Of a stretch of DNA of 64,000 nt, positions 1 to 9,857 are shown in pieces. How positions within the stretch are numbered: position 1 is the stretch's first letter; each line of letters begins with the position of its first letter. The position numbers were made by a program, and so were the translations under genes. The notes under the pieces were generated by a model. The model made no database searches and was not told where the DNA came from. It saw only the letters and a program-made list of their open reading frames with translations. The DNA comes from an uncultured delta proteobacterium (GTDB lineage Bacteria; Desulfobacterota; BSN033; UBA1163). The stretch is taken from positions 640,001-704,000 of the forward strand of contig CAWHBU010000004.1 of assembly GCA_963827685.1 (NCBI GenBank). Direction: 5' to 3'.

Positions 1-32
1 TGCAATCTGAAATCATCGGAGAAAATTCGGTT

Positions 33-1010
33 ATGGCCAAACTGAATATGGTAGAGGCGATCAACTTAGCCCTTCGTGAAGAAATGGAAAGAGATCACCG
101 GGTGGTTGTATTGGGTGAGGATGTGGGACGAGAAGGAGGTGTCTTTCGTGTTACGGATGGGCTCCAGGAAAAATTTGGTGCCGATCGGGTCATTGATACG
201 CCCTTAGGCGAATCAGGGATTGTCGGAACGGCATTAGGCATGGCTCTCTATGGACTTCGTCCCGTAGCAGAAATTCAATTTGATGGTTTTTTATATCCCT
301 GCCTCGATCAGATCACCAACCACATCGGTCGGATGAGAAACCGGTCAAGGGGAAGGTTTACCTGTCCTTTAGTCATCAGGGTTCCTTATGGAGGTGGAAT
401 CCATGCGCCGGAGCACCATTCTGAAAGCCCTGAAGCCATTTTGGCCCATACCCCTGGCATTAAGGTGGTGATTCCTTCGACTCCTTATGAAGCCAAGGGT
501 CTTCTCCTTTCTTCTATTCGTGGTTCAGACCCCGTGCTCTTCCTGGAGCCTAAACGCATCTATCGGGCCATACGGGAAGAGGTTCCGGATGGGGATTACA
601 CTATTCCTCTCGGAAAAGCCAGGTTGGTTCAGGAAGGAAAGGGTGTCACCATCGTGGCTTGGGGGGCAATGGTAAGGGAAGTGTTAAATGCTGCGGAGCA
701 ATTAAAGGGAGATAAGATTGATGTGGAAATCATCGATCTCAGGACTATCTCACCCATGGATGTCGAAGCCATTATCACTTCTATTCAAAAAACAGGAAGA
801 GGAGTCATTGTTCACGAAGCACCTAAGACCTGTGGTATGGGTGCAGAGATCATTGCTCTCATCAATGAGAAAGCACTCCTTTCTCTTCAGGCACCCATTG
901 AAAGGGTGACGGGATTTGATATTCCCTTTCCCTTACTTAAATCCGAGCACTATTATCTCCCCAATCCAAAACGGATTGAGATGGCAGTAAAGAAAGTGAT
1001 GAGTTTTTAA
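33..1010 (+). CDS. pdhB: 2-oxoacid (pyruvate/branched-chain) dehydrogenase E1 beta subunit
   Basis: GEDVG..GGVFRVT, DTPLGESGIVG, PYGGGIHAPEHHSES motifs. Confidence 0.9.
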   Translation: MAKLNMVEAINLALREEMERDHRVVVLGEDVGREGGVFRVTDGLQEKFGADRVIDTPLGESGIVGTALGMALYGLRPVAEIQFDGFLYPCLDQITNHIGRMRNRSRGRFTCPLVIRVPYGGGIHAPEHHSESPEAILAHTPGIKVVIPSTPYEAKGLLLSSIRGSDPVLFLEPKRIYRAIREEVPDGDYTIPLGKARLVQEGKGVTIVAWGAMVREVLNAAEQLKGDKIDVEIIDLRTISPMDVEAIITSIQKTGRGVIVHEAPKTCGMGAEIIALINEKALLSLQAPIERVTGFDIPFPLLKSEHYYLPNPKRIEMAVKKVMSF

Positions 1011-1134
1011 ATGGAATAATGGAACACTGGAATAATGGAATGATGGGTTCAAAAATAAAAAGGCTAATCTTTTTTGCCCTCTTGTTTAAATTGTTTCCCC
1101 CATTGTTCCAATATTCCATCATTCCAATATTCCG
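1011..1134. repeat. Inverted array of short GGAAT(A/G)AT-type tandem units (REP-like intergenic hairpin)
   Basis: atggaataatggaacactggaataatggaatgatggg pairs with cccattgttccaatattccatcattccaatattcc. Confidence 0.75.
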
Positions 1135-1157
1135 ATAAGACTTTTTTGGAGGGCTTT

Positions 1158-2414
1158 ATGGCATTCGAATTCAAATTTCCTGATATTGGAGAAGGATTAA
1201 CCGAAGGCGAGATTGTCCGTTGGTTGGTTAAAGAGGGGGACGAGATCAAGGAGGGAGAACCCCTCGTCGAGGTTGAGACCGACAAGGCCCTTGCAGAGAT
1301 CCCTTCTCCCAGGACGGGTGTCATTCTGAAGATACTGGCCAAGGAGAAGGAGATCGTAAAGGTTGGTCAGGTGATTGTTGTGATCGGAGAAAAGGGAGAG
1401 GCATTGGCAGTTCCTTCTCCAAAGCCCAAATCAGTGGGTGTGGTAGGTGAGCTGGAGGAGGCTCCTGAGGAAGCCCCTGCAGTCACGGCTAAAGTTGAAC
1501 CGGTGAAGACAGCCCTGGTCAGCGAACATGTGCTGGCCACACCGGCTGTTCGGGCTTTAGCAAGAGAGTTGAGTGTTGACATCAATAAAGTACAAGGGAC
1601 GGGACCTGAAGGCAGAGTTTTAGAAAAGGATGTGAAACAGTTTGCAGAAGGCAAGGCGAAACCCGTTGAAGAAGCGAAGAAACCCGCAAAGGTTAAAAAA
1701 TATGACCTGTATGGATATGTTGAACGCATTCCTTTGCGAGGGGTCAGGAGATCCATTGCCAAAGCCATGGTGAAATCGAAATATACTGCGCCCCATGTCT
1801 CGGCGATGGATGAAGCGGATGTCACAGAACTTTGGAAAATCCGGGAGAAGGAGAAGAAAATTGCGGAGAGTAAAGGGATTAAACTGACTATCCTGCCATT
1901 CCTCATCAAAGCCGTTATCGCCGGTCTGACCGAACATCCCTATCTTAACGCCACACTGGACGATGAGAATGAAGAGATTATTCTAAAAAAATATTTCAAT
2001 ATTGGCCTTGCCACAGATACTCCTGAAGGGTTGATGGTCCCGGTGGTCAAAAATGCTAAAGACAAATCTATCTTTGATCTGGCACAGGAGATGGCCCAAT
2101 TAGCTGAAAAGGCAAGGAACCGAACCATCGATCTGGCTGATCTGAAAGGGGGGACTTTTACCATCACCAACTACGGGACGGTGCGTGGGATTTATGGGAC
2201 TCCGGTCATTAACTACCCCGAAGTGGCCATCCTGGGCGTCGGAAGAATTCAAGACATGCCCGTGGTCAGGCGCGGGAAAATGGTTGTCCGAAAAATGCTT
2301 CCCCTGTCCCTCTCCTTCGATCACCGGGTGGTGGATGGTGCTGAAGCAGCCCGTTTTCTTAATACGGTCATTACCCGCCTCGAAGACCCCGATCTCATTT
2401 TGTTAGAAACGTGA
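1158..2414 (+). CDS. pdhC: Dihydrolipoamide acyltransferase E2
   Basis: Lipoyl motif VETDKA, E3-binding ATPAVRALARE, catalytic DHRVVDG; ATG 1158 after GGAGGG. Confidence 0.9.
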   Translation: MAFEFKFPDIGEGLTEGEIVRWLVKEGDEIKEGEPLVEVETDKALAEIPSPRTGVILKILAKEKEIVKVGQVIVVIGEKGEALAVPSPKPKSVGVVGELEEAPEEAPAVTAKVEPVKTALVSEHVLATPAVRALARELSVDINKVQGTGPEGRVLEKDVKQFAEGKAKPVEEAKKPAKVKKYDLYGYVERIPLRGVRRSIAKAMVKSKYTAPHVSAMDEADVTELWKIREKEKKIAESKGIKLTILPFLIKAVIAGLTEHPYLNATLDDENEEIILKKYFNIGLATDTPEGLMVPVVKNAKDKSIFDLAQEMAQLAEKARNRTIDLADLKGGTFTITNYGTVRGIYGTPVINYPEVAILGVGRIQDMPVVRRGKMVVRKMLPLSLSFDHRVVDGAEAARFLNTVITRLEDPDLILLET

Positions 2415-2508
2415 AATGACATGAGCACCCATCCTCCACTGCACCTCACATGATGCAGGGGGGAAAATCCCACCATATTCTCCACTACAAAAATTTATGA
2501 ATAAGTAC

Positions 2509-2567
2509 TTGACAAATGGGCTTTGTAGGATTACAATCAGCACAAACTGACAATTCAGATAAGTCAG
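2509..2567 (+). promoter_or_regulatory. Sigma-70 promoter of the hgc operon with a downstream TCAG/CTGA operator-like array
   Basis: TTGACA(2509-14)-17 bp-TACAAT(2532-37); CTGAC-N11-GTCAG at 2547-2567. Confidence 0.7.
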
Positions 2568-2593
2568 CCATTCCTGTAACTGGAGGTGATGAA

Positions 2594-2872
2594 ATGCCCA
2601 AAAGAAATCAAAAGGCCTGCTGCTCCCCTGCGGGAATGGGGAGCAATTATTGTAAAGTCGAGTCGATCATCAGTGTCGACGAACGAGGACAGATGGTGCT
2701 TCCTAAAGAATTGAGGGATAGGGCAAATATTCGCCCGGGGGATAAGCTGGCCATTGTCAGCTGGGATAAAGGCGGAGAGGTTTGCTGCATCTATTTGATC
2801 AAAGCAGAATATCTGGCAGAGCGTGTGAAGGATTTTCTGGGTCCCATGATGAAAGGCATCGCCACAACCTGA
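2594..2872 (+). CDS. hgcC: HgcAB-associated AbrB/SpoVT-type DNA-binding protein
   Basis: VDERGQMVLPKELR..ANIRPGDKL swapped-hairpin motif with two CC pairs; directly upstream of hgcA; ATG 2594 after GGAGG. Confidence 0.8.
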   Translation: MPKRNQKACCSPAGMGSNYCKVESIISVDERGQMVLPKELRDRANIRPGDKLAIVSWDKGGEVCCIYLIKAEYLAERVKDFLGPMMKGIATT

Positions 2873-3010
2873 TATCAGACGCAAATTCTGGAAATGGCAA
2901 TCAAGCCATATCGCAATATAGGAGAGTTCTCATGGATAAGGCAAGAGGTTACCCGTCAGCGCAACAAAGTAATCACCCTACAAACACAAGCTGTTGACCA
3001 TCAAGTGGAG

Positions 3011-3026
3011 GGGCTCAGTTGAGCCT
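3011..3026 (+). promoter_or_regulatory. Putative bacterial SECIS hairpin after in-frame UGA
   Basis: GGGCTC-AGTT-GAGCCT stem-loop with G in the apical loop about 20 nt 3' of TGA 2995-2997. Confidence 0.55.
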
Positions 3027-3670
3027 ACCCAGTTTAAAGCAACCCTTTGTCCTCGGTTTGATCCAAACCCCGGTTGGCCCAGTGCCTCAAGTCTCGTCAT
3101 CCCTTGGTTGGACAGACCATTTAGGAACTTTTAAGACTCGTTGGGGGATAGGCCGCATGCATTATACCATCGAGCCCGGTCTTTATGCCTTGGGAAAACC
3201 CGATGAGCAATCGCCGGTCTTGGTGACAGCCAATTATAAGATGAGCTTTGACAAGCTCCGTGAGGCATTGCCGGGCCGGAACATGTGGATACTGGTCCTG
3301 GATACGGGAGGCATCAATGTCTGGTGCGCTTCGGGGAAGGGGACCTTCGGGACGATGGAACTTGTTGGACGAATCAAATCGAGTGGCCTAAGCCAGATCG
3401 TTTCGCATCGGGAGTTGATTTTGCCTCAGTTGTCGGGCCCGGGAATTGCGGCTCATCATGTCAAGAAATTATCCGGCTTCAAAGTGATTTACGGCCCCAT
3501 CCGGGCGACCGATCTTCCAACTTTCTTGGAAGCCGGACTTAAAGCGACACTGGAGATGAGGCTCAAGACCTTTACGACCTTGGAGCGCATGGTACTCATC
3601 CCGATGGAACTTGTCTTAGCCCTAAAGGCGGGTATGATTGTCATTCCTATCATGCTTCTCTTGGCTTTAT

Positions 3671-4209
3671 AAAAAATACCTGTTGAATACCGCCCAGCTC
3701 TGCTGGGCGGATGAAAACAGGTTCGCGAAGCGATAAGACATGGTATAAGTACTGCATGAGCTCGATAAAAAGAACAAGCCATGCGGTCTACGATTTGAAA
3801 TATCATATGGTATGGGTTCCCAAATATCGGAAGATGATATTGGGAGGTGAGTTGGCAAAAAGGCTTAAGATGAGTTTTGAGCAAATATCGGAGAGGTACG
3901 AGTTTGAGATAGATACGATGGAGGTAAAGGATGATCATGTTCATTTATTTTTGTCTGCCCCTCCTCGGTATTGTCCGGCAGAGATTGTGCAGATCATAAA
4001 GAGTATCTCGGCGAAAATGGTGTTCAAGCAGTTTCCAGAGGTGAAGAAAGAGCTTTGGGGTGGAGAGTTTTGGAGTGATGGGTATTTTGTTCGGTCTGTT
4101 GGAGACAAAGTTACCTCTGAAGTCATACGTCGCTATATAAAGTATCAGCAACAGGAGCAATTAAGTTTTGAATTTTAATGCCCCGCAGCTCTGCTGCGGG
4201 GTTCTTTAC
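3671..4209 (+). mobile_element. IS200-group element (tnpA only), copy 1
   Basis: Left hairpin CCGCCCAGCTCTGCTGGGCGG, right hairpin CCCCGCAGCTCTGCTGCGGGG, TTTAT just 5', ends TTTAC, no target duplication; matches 16926-17464. Confidence 0.92.
3756..4178 (+). CDS. tnpA: IS200/IS605 Y1 HUH transposase
   Basis: YHMVWVPKYR, DHVH (HUH), FWSDGYF, RRYIKYQ. Confidence 0.93.
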   Translation: MSSIKRTSHAVYDLKYHMVWVPKYRKMILGGELAKRLKMSFEQISERYEFEIDTMEVKDDHVHLFLSAPPRYCPAEIVQIIKSISAKMVFKQFPEVKKELWGGEFWSDGYFVRSVGDKVTSEVIRRYIKYQQQEQLSFEF

Positions 4210-4631
4210 TTGGGAAGTCAGGAGAAGGTTGGACGAATGCCTTCAGCCATGGCCTTTTCTCTATTCTGGCCATCCTGACTGCCATTCTGGTTGGTGCAGT
4301 TCTAACACCTTTGTTGCTGCCATGGCTGCCGGGCAGGGCCTTTTCAGTCAAGGGCTTCAGTATAGGGGGTCTCACCGTTGCAGCCCTCTTGGTTTTTCGC
4401 TGGAATGATTGGGTCACGTGGGGGGGACGTCTCGAAATATTGGCTTGGCTCTTTTTTATACCTGCGGCCTCGGCTTATCTGGCAATGAATTTCACGGGAG
4501 CTTCAACATTTACCTCCCTCTCCGGGGTCAGAAAAGAAATGCGGTGGGCTTTGCCGCTTGAAATTGGTGCTGGAATTGTAGGTCTCGGTCTTTGGCTCGG
4601 ATCAAACTTCCTCGCATAAGGAGTTCAAACG

Positions 4632-4979
4632 ATGAATCCATTGATTTATCTTAGAGATGTTGTCACATTAAAGCTTGATCCCCAAAAATGCATGGGGTGC
4701 GGAACGTGTCTTTTGGTATGTCCCCATGCCGTCCTCAGCCTGACCAATGGCAAAATTGAGATCGCAAATCGAGACGCCTGCATGGAATGTGGCGCCTGCG
4801 CCCGAAATTGTCCTGCCGAGGCTCTGAATGTGCGCTCAGGGGTGGGTTGTGCAACGGCCGTGATCAATGGCATGCTGGGGCGAAAGAAATCTTCCTGCTG
4901 CTGCACGATCGATTCCGAAGAAAAATTAAGTAGTCCTTCCGAATGTTCTCCCGGTGCTAACCGTACAGACTGCTGTTAG
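4632..4979 (+). CDS. hgcB: Mercury methylation ferredoxin HgcB
   Basis: Two CxxCxxCxxxCP motifs incl. CMECGACARNCP, GVGCA, C-terminal CCC and CC; follows hgcA. Confidence 0.92.
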   Translation: MNPLIYLRDVVTLKLDPQKCMGCGTCLLVCPHAVLSLTNGKIEIANRDACMECGACARNCPAEALNVRSGVGCATAVINGMLGRKKSSCCCTIDSEEKLSSPSECSPGANRTDCC

Positions 4980-5156
4980 CTAACCAACTTCTCCAATCGT
5001 GAAAAGTCCCTATGTTGAGCGGGATCAATTGTCTGTGCTCCTGCCTCCTGCAGGACTGTTGGAGTGGATGAAATTGGGGACAATGAGACTGATTTAGGTT
5101 CGATAGGGTAGGTGGGTGTGTGGGACTTCAGAAGAGAAGCATCACTAAGAGAGTAG

Positions 5157-5501
5157 CTACGGAAGTGAAAGAGTGAAAAACCATGCTCTGAGGCTCCTTT
5201 TCTTGGATGGAGGCTGGTGCTGCAACTCGATAGGCTCTGAAGGAATAAGGCTTTTTAGATAATTTTCATATTGGAGGACAATGTCTTTTGGATTGAGGGT
5301 GAGATATCTGGCGTAAACGTTCAAGAACCCTTTAACGTAAGGGACGGCAGGAAGGAGCTCATATCTGTCTTCTTCGATGGCTTTGAGGTAGTGCTCCTTT
5401 ATCTTGGTGAACTTAGAGATTTCTTCCAGCGAGATATTTCGTGTCTCCCTTTCTTTTCTTAGAAATTTTCCTGGAGACTCCATCATTTTGCTTACACCCA
5501 A
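5157..5501 (-). CDS. RodZ-like N-terminal HTH protein (short)
   Basis: PGKFLRKERE..ISLEEIS..TKI...YLKAIEED.Y..LP...YVKGFL..YARYL; likely start ATG 5486/5483. Confidence 0.75.
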   Translation of the reverse strand: MGVSKMMESPGKFLRKERETRNISLEEISKFTKIKEHYLKAIEEDRYELLPAVPYVKGFLNVYARYLTLNPKDIVLQYENYLKSLIPSEPIELQHQPPSKKRSLRAWFFTLSLP

Positions 5502-5823
5502 AGAAGATCGAGATCGTTATTTGATTGTTTGCATATTGTAACCATGAGCCTGGGGCAAAAATAGAATTGATCAATTTATATGCAATTGTTATGCCAAGGA
5601 ACAAGAATTGTAATATATTGAAACTTAAGAATGTTACCATATGAAGAGAATAGTAAAAAACCATTTTATGACAAATTTCGGCAAGTTTGTGACCATTTTT
5701 CGAGGGAGAAATATGAACCAAAGATTAAAAAAGCAGGCAAAATATCCTGCCATTCTGGCGTACCAATTATTTCCGTTTCCACCACTTTTCTTTGACTGTG
5801 CGAATTTTGTGGGCGAATTCTAA

Positions 5824-7356
5824 TTAGTGCATACCCGGTGTTGAGATATTTTCTTTTCCTTTTTTCATCAGCAGGACAAGAGGAAGAATCAGCATCATCA
5901 TGGTTGAGAGAAGGTAAAAGGCATCATTGAATGACAACATGGATGCCTGTCTTATCACCTCGCCATAGATCACACCTAAGCTTCCCTGATCAGAAAGGGA
6001 AGGACTAACCCCTCTGCCCTGCAATATTTGAGAAATATTGGGAAGAGCGATCTGGAAGTTTCTGTCAAAGGGGGTGAGATGTTCCACAAGGTGCACCTGA
6101 TGAACCTGCGCCCTTCTGGCAAGCATGGTGGTAATAAAGGCGACGCCGAAGCTCCCCCCCAGGTTTCTTAAAAGATTGAATATTCCAGTGGCATTTCCCA
6201 TCTCTTCCTTTTTTATGCTTGACATGGTCATAGTGGTAAGGGGGATGAAGAGAAAACCCATGCCCACACCGAGCACGACTCTTGGCCAGAAGATGGTATT
6301 AAAATCAACCTGAAGATTAAACTGTCCCATCATATGGACTGAATAACCGGCGACAGCAATGCCCAAAGCAAGGACCGCCTTTGGATTGATCTTCGTTACG
6401 AGTTTTCCTGCGATGGGCATGGCGATCACGGTGGCGATGCCACCCGGGCCAAGGGCCAGCCCTGCCAGGAAGGATGTATATCCCATCAACGTCTGGAGGA
6501 AAATGGGTAACAGCACAATGCTCCCAAAGAGGTTGAAGAAGACGAAGAACATGATGATATTTCCTGTGCTGAACGAGATATTTTTAAAGGTCCGCAAATT
6601 GACGATAGGATTTTCTGTCAAGAATTCAACGAGGATAAACATCACCAAAGAGGAGATGGAGAGATAACTCATCCAGGTGATGAAACCGGACGAAAACCAA
6701 TCTTCCCTCTGTCCTTTGTCGAGGACAATCTGAAGGCACCCCAGGCCAATCGCTAAAAATAAAAGCCCCCAGTAATCAATCTTCATTTTTATTCGTTGCA
6801 TGTAAGGAGGGTCGATAATAAAAAACAGGGTCATCAGGATTGAGATGATTCCTATGGGGACATTGATGTAAAATATCCAATGCCAGGACCAATTGTCCGT
6901 GATCCATCCTCCCAGAAGAGGGCCGATAATCGGTCCGAACATGATGCCAACGCCGAAGATGGCCATGGCCATCCCGTGCTGATGGGGCGGGAACGTTTCC
7001 AGAAGAATGGCTTGGGAGATAGGCTGAAGGGCACCGCCCCCCAAACCCTGCAGGACTCTGAAAAATACAAGGCTCTGGAGGTTCCATGAAGAGCCGCACA
7101 TAAAGGAACTGAATGTAAAGAGGGAGATAGAGAAGATGAGGTAATGTTTTCTTCCAAAGAGCCTGCTCAACCATCCAGAAATGGGGATGATGATGGCATT
7201 GGATACAAGATATGAGGTGATCGTCCAGGTCGATTCGTCGATTCCTGCGGAGAGACTACCGCGGATATGGTCGAGTGAGACATTGACGACCGATGTATCC
7301 ACGATCTCGATGAGGGTAGGAAGCATGACCGTGATGGCAACAATCCACCTGTTCAT
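5824..7356 (-). CDS. emrB: DHA2-family MFS multidrug efflux permease
   Basis: DTSVVNVSL, WTITSYL, FRVLQGLGGG, LDKGQREDWF; many TM segments. Confidence 0.88.
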   Translation of the reverse strand: MNRWIVAITVMLPTLIEIVDTSVVNVSLDHIRGSLSAGIDESTWTITSYLVSNAIIIPISGWLSRLFGRKHYLIFSISLFTFSSFMCGSSWNLQSLVFFRVLQGLGGGALQPISQAILLETFPPHQHGMAMAIFGVGIMFGPIIGPLLGGWITDNWSWHWIFYINVPIGIISILMTLFFIIDPPYMQRIKMKIDYWGLLFLAIGLGCLQIVLDKGQREDWFSSGFITWMSYLSISSLVMFILVEFLTENPIVNLRTFKNISFSTGNIIMFFVFFNLFGSIVLLPIFLQTLMGYTSFLAGLALGPGGIATVIAMPIAGKLVTKINPKAVLALGIAVAGYSVHMMGQFNLQVDFNTIFWPRVVLGVGMGFLFIPLTTMTMSSIKKEEMGNATGIFNLLRNLGGSFGVAFITTMLARRAQVHQVHLVEHLTPFDRNFQIALPNISQILQGRGVSPSLSDQGSLGVIYGEVIRQASMLSFNDAFYLLSTMMMLILPLVLLMKKGKENISTPGMH

Positions 7357-7519
7357 ACGTCCCTCGTTTCTGCTCCGGCCCTAATGAACAATTCTAAATT
7401 TCAAATCCCTGCCTGTGCGTGCCTGGGGTAGGCAGGACAGGCGCATACAAATCTCAAATGAATGTCAAAGTTACAAATCAGAAAGTTTTAATATTTGACA
7501 TTTGACATTCTATGCCCAT

Positions 7520-8617
7520 TCATTCCTCAACGAGAATGGTTGGAACTACCGACATACCAATCCTTAAAATATGGGAAGGATCTGTACCTCGGTCAAGAAT
7601 AATTTTGACGGGTATCCGCTGGACTATCTTGACGTAGTTTCCCGTTGCATTCTCAGGCGGGAAGAGGGAGAAGACAGCCCCTGTGCCGGCTTGGACACTT
7701 TCCACCTTTCCATAAAATGCCTTCTCGGGGTAAGTATCCACTGCTATTCTTACCTTCTGCCCGAGTTTCACCCTTTCCAGCTGGGTTTCCTTAAAATTGG
7801 CAGTGATCCAAATATCATTAAGAGGAACGATAGCCATGAGAGGTTGTCCAGGCTGGATTTGGTTGCCGACCTCCACGGACCTCTTGGAGATGTAGCCATC
7901 AGCAGGTGCATAAATTTTTGTATAGCTAAGGTTCAGTCCCGCCCCCTTTAGAGCAGCGTCTTTTTGCCGAATCTGGGCCTCCTGCGTAGGCAAACCCGAT
8001 TCTGTCTGCTTGATCAACGCCCTCTGTGTCTCAAGGGCTGCCTCGATCTGTTTGGCCAGGTCCTGGGCTGCCTTCACTTGAGCTACAGCCACCTCATAGG
8101 CTGTTTTTGCGTTGTCATATTGCTGCCTGGGTATTGCCTCTTTTTTCAAAAGCAACTCTGATCTCTGGAGGTTTACTCTTGATAGCTCGAGGTTGGCCTT
8201 CTGGAGTTCGACGTTCGCCCGGGCCGCCTCCAAAGAAGCGATGATCTCAGTCAGTTGTTTTTTAGTGGTTTCCACCCTATGCCGGATTTCAGAGAGTCTT
8301 TCCCTCTCAGTCTCGAGACCAGCCCGGGCATCCTTCACCCTGATATCATAATCTGCCGGATCGATCTCAAGCATAAGATCATTCATCTTTACAAACTGGT
8401 TGTCGTTGACATAAAGGACCTTCACGGTTCCTTGGATCTTCGAGGCGATGACATGCACCCTGCCATCGACAAAGGCATCATCGGTTGAGATATGGGTGGC
8501 TTTATATTCTCTATAAAGAAAGAGCACGACCGCTCCAATGACGATCAGAACGGGAAATATGATAAAAGCAGCAATTTTTCTCCTCCGGTTATTTGGTTTA
8601 GCTCTGTTCTCTCCCAT
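7520..8617 (-). CDS. emrA: HlyD/EmrA membrane fusion protein
   Basis: STDDAFVDG, ANFKETQL, PPENATGNYVKIVQRIPV. Confidence 0.9.
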   Translation of the reverse strand: MGENRAKPNNRRRKIAAFIIFPVLIVIGAVVLFLYREYKATHISTDDAFVDGRVHVIASKIQGTVKVLYVNDNQFVKMNDLMLEIDPADYDIRVKDARAGLETERERLSEIRHRVETTKKQLTEIIASLEAARANVELQKANLELSRVNLQRSELLLKKEAIPRQQYDNAKTAYEVAVAQVKAAQDLAKQIEAALETQRALIKQTESGLPTQEAQIRQKDAALKGAGLNLSYTKIYAPADGYISKRSVEVGNQIQPGQPLMAIVPLNDIWITANFKETQLERVKLGQKVRIAVDTYPEKAFYGKVESVQAGTGAVFSLFPPENATGNYVKIVQRIPVKIILDRGTDPSHILRIGMSVVPTILVEE

Positions 8618-8892
8618 CGGTTCCTAATCCTCCATTCCAGCAAAATGACAACTTATTATGTTAGTGTTTAAGACCTGAATTGTAAAGCTTTTTCAGCTTT
8701 CTTCGCAATCCATCCTTGGATATCCATTGCTTTTTCAATCCACATTTATTAACTTGATTGTTACGTATTCAATCTGGGGATTTTCTAATCGTCGATGCTC
8801 CTCCCCCCTGCCTATCGGCAGGCATCGAAAGGGGAGGGAAATAGAAGCAGGAAATTTCAAATATGTTTGGTTAGATTTTAGGGAGGTGCTTC

Positions 8893-9634
8893 ATGGATTG
8901 GAGTAAGGAGGGAATTGGCGATCGGTATCATCATGAGACAGAATATCGAAGAGAAGCCATGCCACGCGGAGGGGCTCGATTGGGCACATCAGCCCTCTCC
9001 TTATAAAGAGTTCCCTGATGCAATAAAACATTTTCCCATCCGTCCTATCGATCAGAAGGGTGGAAAATCCCTTTGGGAGGCCGTTGCTCAAAGGCGATCC
9101 ATCCGGGAATTTTCTGATCAATCCATTAGTTTCTCTGAACTTTCTCAACTGATCTGGGCGACCCAAGGGATCACGTTGAAAGCCGGGGGATTTGAATTCA
9201 GGGCTTCGCCGTCGGCCGGTGCCCTTTACCCGATTGAGACTTATCTCATCGTGAACCGAGTCGAGGAAATTCCGGGGGGGCACTATCATTACAATGTCAA
9301 GAAGGCCGAATTGATTCTTTTGAAGGAAGGCCATTTTGGCCCTGAGCTCTGTCAAGCTGCATTGGGTCAGGAAATGCTCGAAGAGGCTGCCTGCGTCTTC
9401 GTCTGGACAGCCATTGTTGAACGATCGAAGTGGAAATATCGAGAGAGGGCATATCGTTACATTTACATGGATGTAGGGCATATCGGTCAGGCGCTCTACC
9501 TGGCGGCGACTGCATTGAACCTTGGTTGCTGTACAGCGGGTGCCTTCTTTGATGAAGAGGTAGACCGTGTTGTAGATGTGGATGGGAAGAATGAAATTTC
9601 TGTCTATCTTGGAGCAGTTGGCCATGTAAGATAA
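8893..9634 (+). CDS. SagB/ThcOx-family nitroreductase with apparent +1 frameshift at 8971-8974
   Basis: RRSIREF, RASPSAGALYPIE, ERAYRYIYMDVGHIGQ; ATG 8893 (RBS GGAGGTG) gives MDWSKEGIGDRYHHETEY.. that joins LDWAHQP if one G is removed. Confidence 0.8.
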
Positions 9635-9707
9635 AAGAGATCCGTCTGTCTGATATCAAATAAAGGAAACTCTGATTCATTATTTGGCATGCTAAACGCA
9701 GTAGAGA

Positions 9708-9857
9708 GTGAAGCTCCTCGTCCATCCCGTTAGGACGGGACAGGCACGGTGGAGCTTCCCGGCAATGTAATATCATTCATATTGTGCCCCTTCCTGCCTA
9801 CCGCAGGGAGGGACCCCGCCTATCCCGCTTTGGCGGGACGGGGCACGTTCCGGTCAA
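9708..9857 (-). mobile_element. Non-autonomous IS200/IS605-type miniature element (PATE-like) with nested palindromes
   Basis: Minus strand starts TTGAC + CCCCG..CGGGG hairpin and ends GAAGCTCC..GGAGCTTCAC, like IS605 ends; no ORF. Confidence 0.55.

Larger units (their letters stand above)
2932..4619 (+). pseudogene. hgcA: Mercury methylation corrinoid protein HgcA with N-terminal Cys-UGA extension, interrupted by IS200 (3671-4209)
   Basis: Cap-helix NVWCASGKGTFG, PVLVTANYKMSFD; C-terminal PWLPGRAFSVKG and MNFTGASTFTSLSGV downstream of the IS; ATG 2932 after AGGAGA, in frame through TGT-TGA 2992-2997. Confidence 0.9.

Noticed and set aside
4178-4619. ORFs 4178-4408 and 4311-4619 as independent genes
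   Set aside because: 4311-4619 is the severed HgcA membrane domain; 4178-4408 is an off-frame product of the IS junction.
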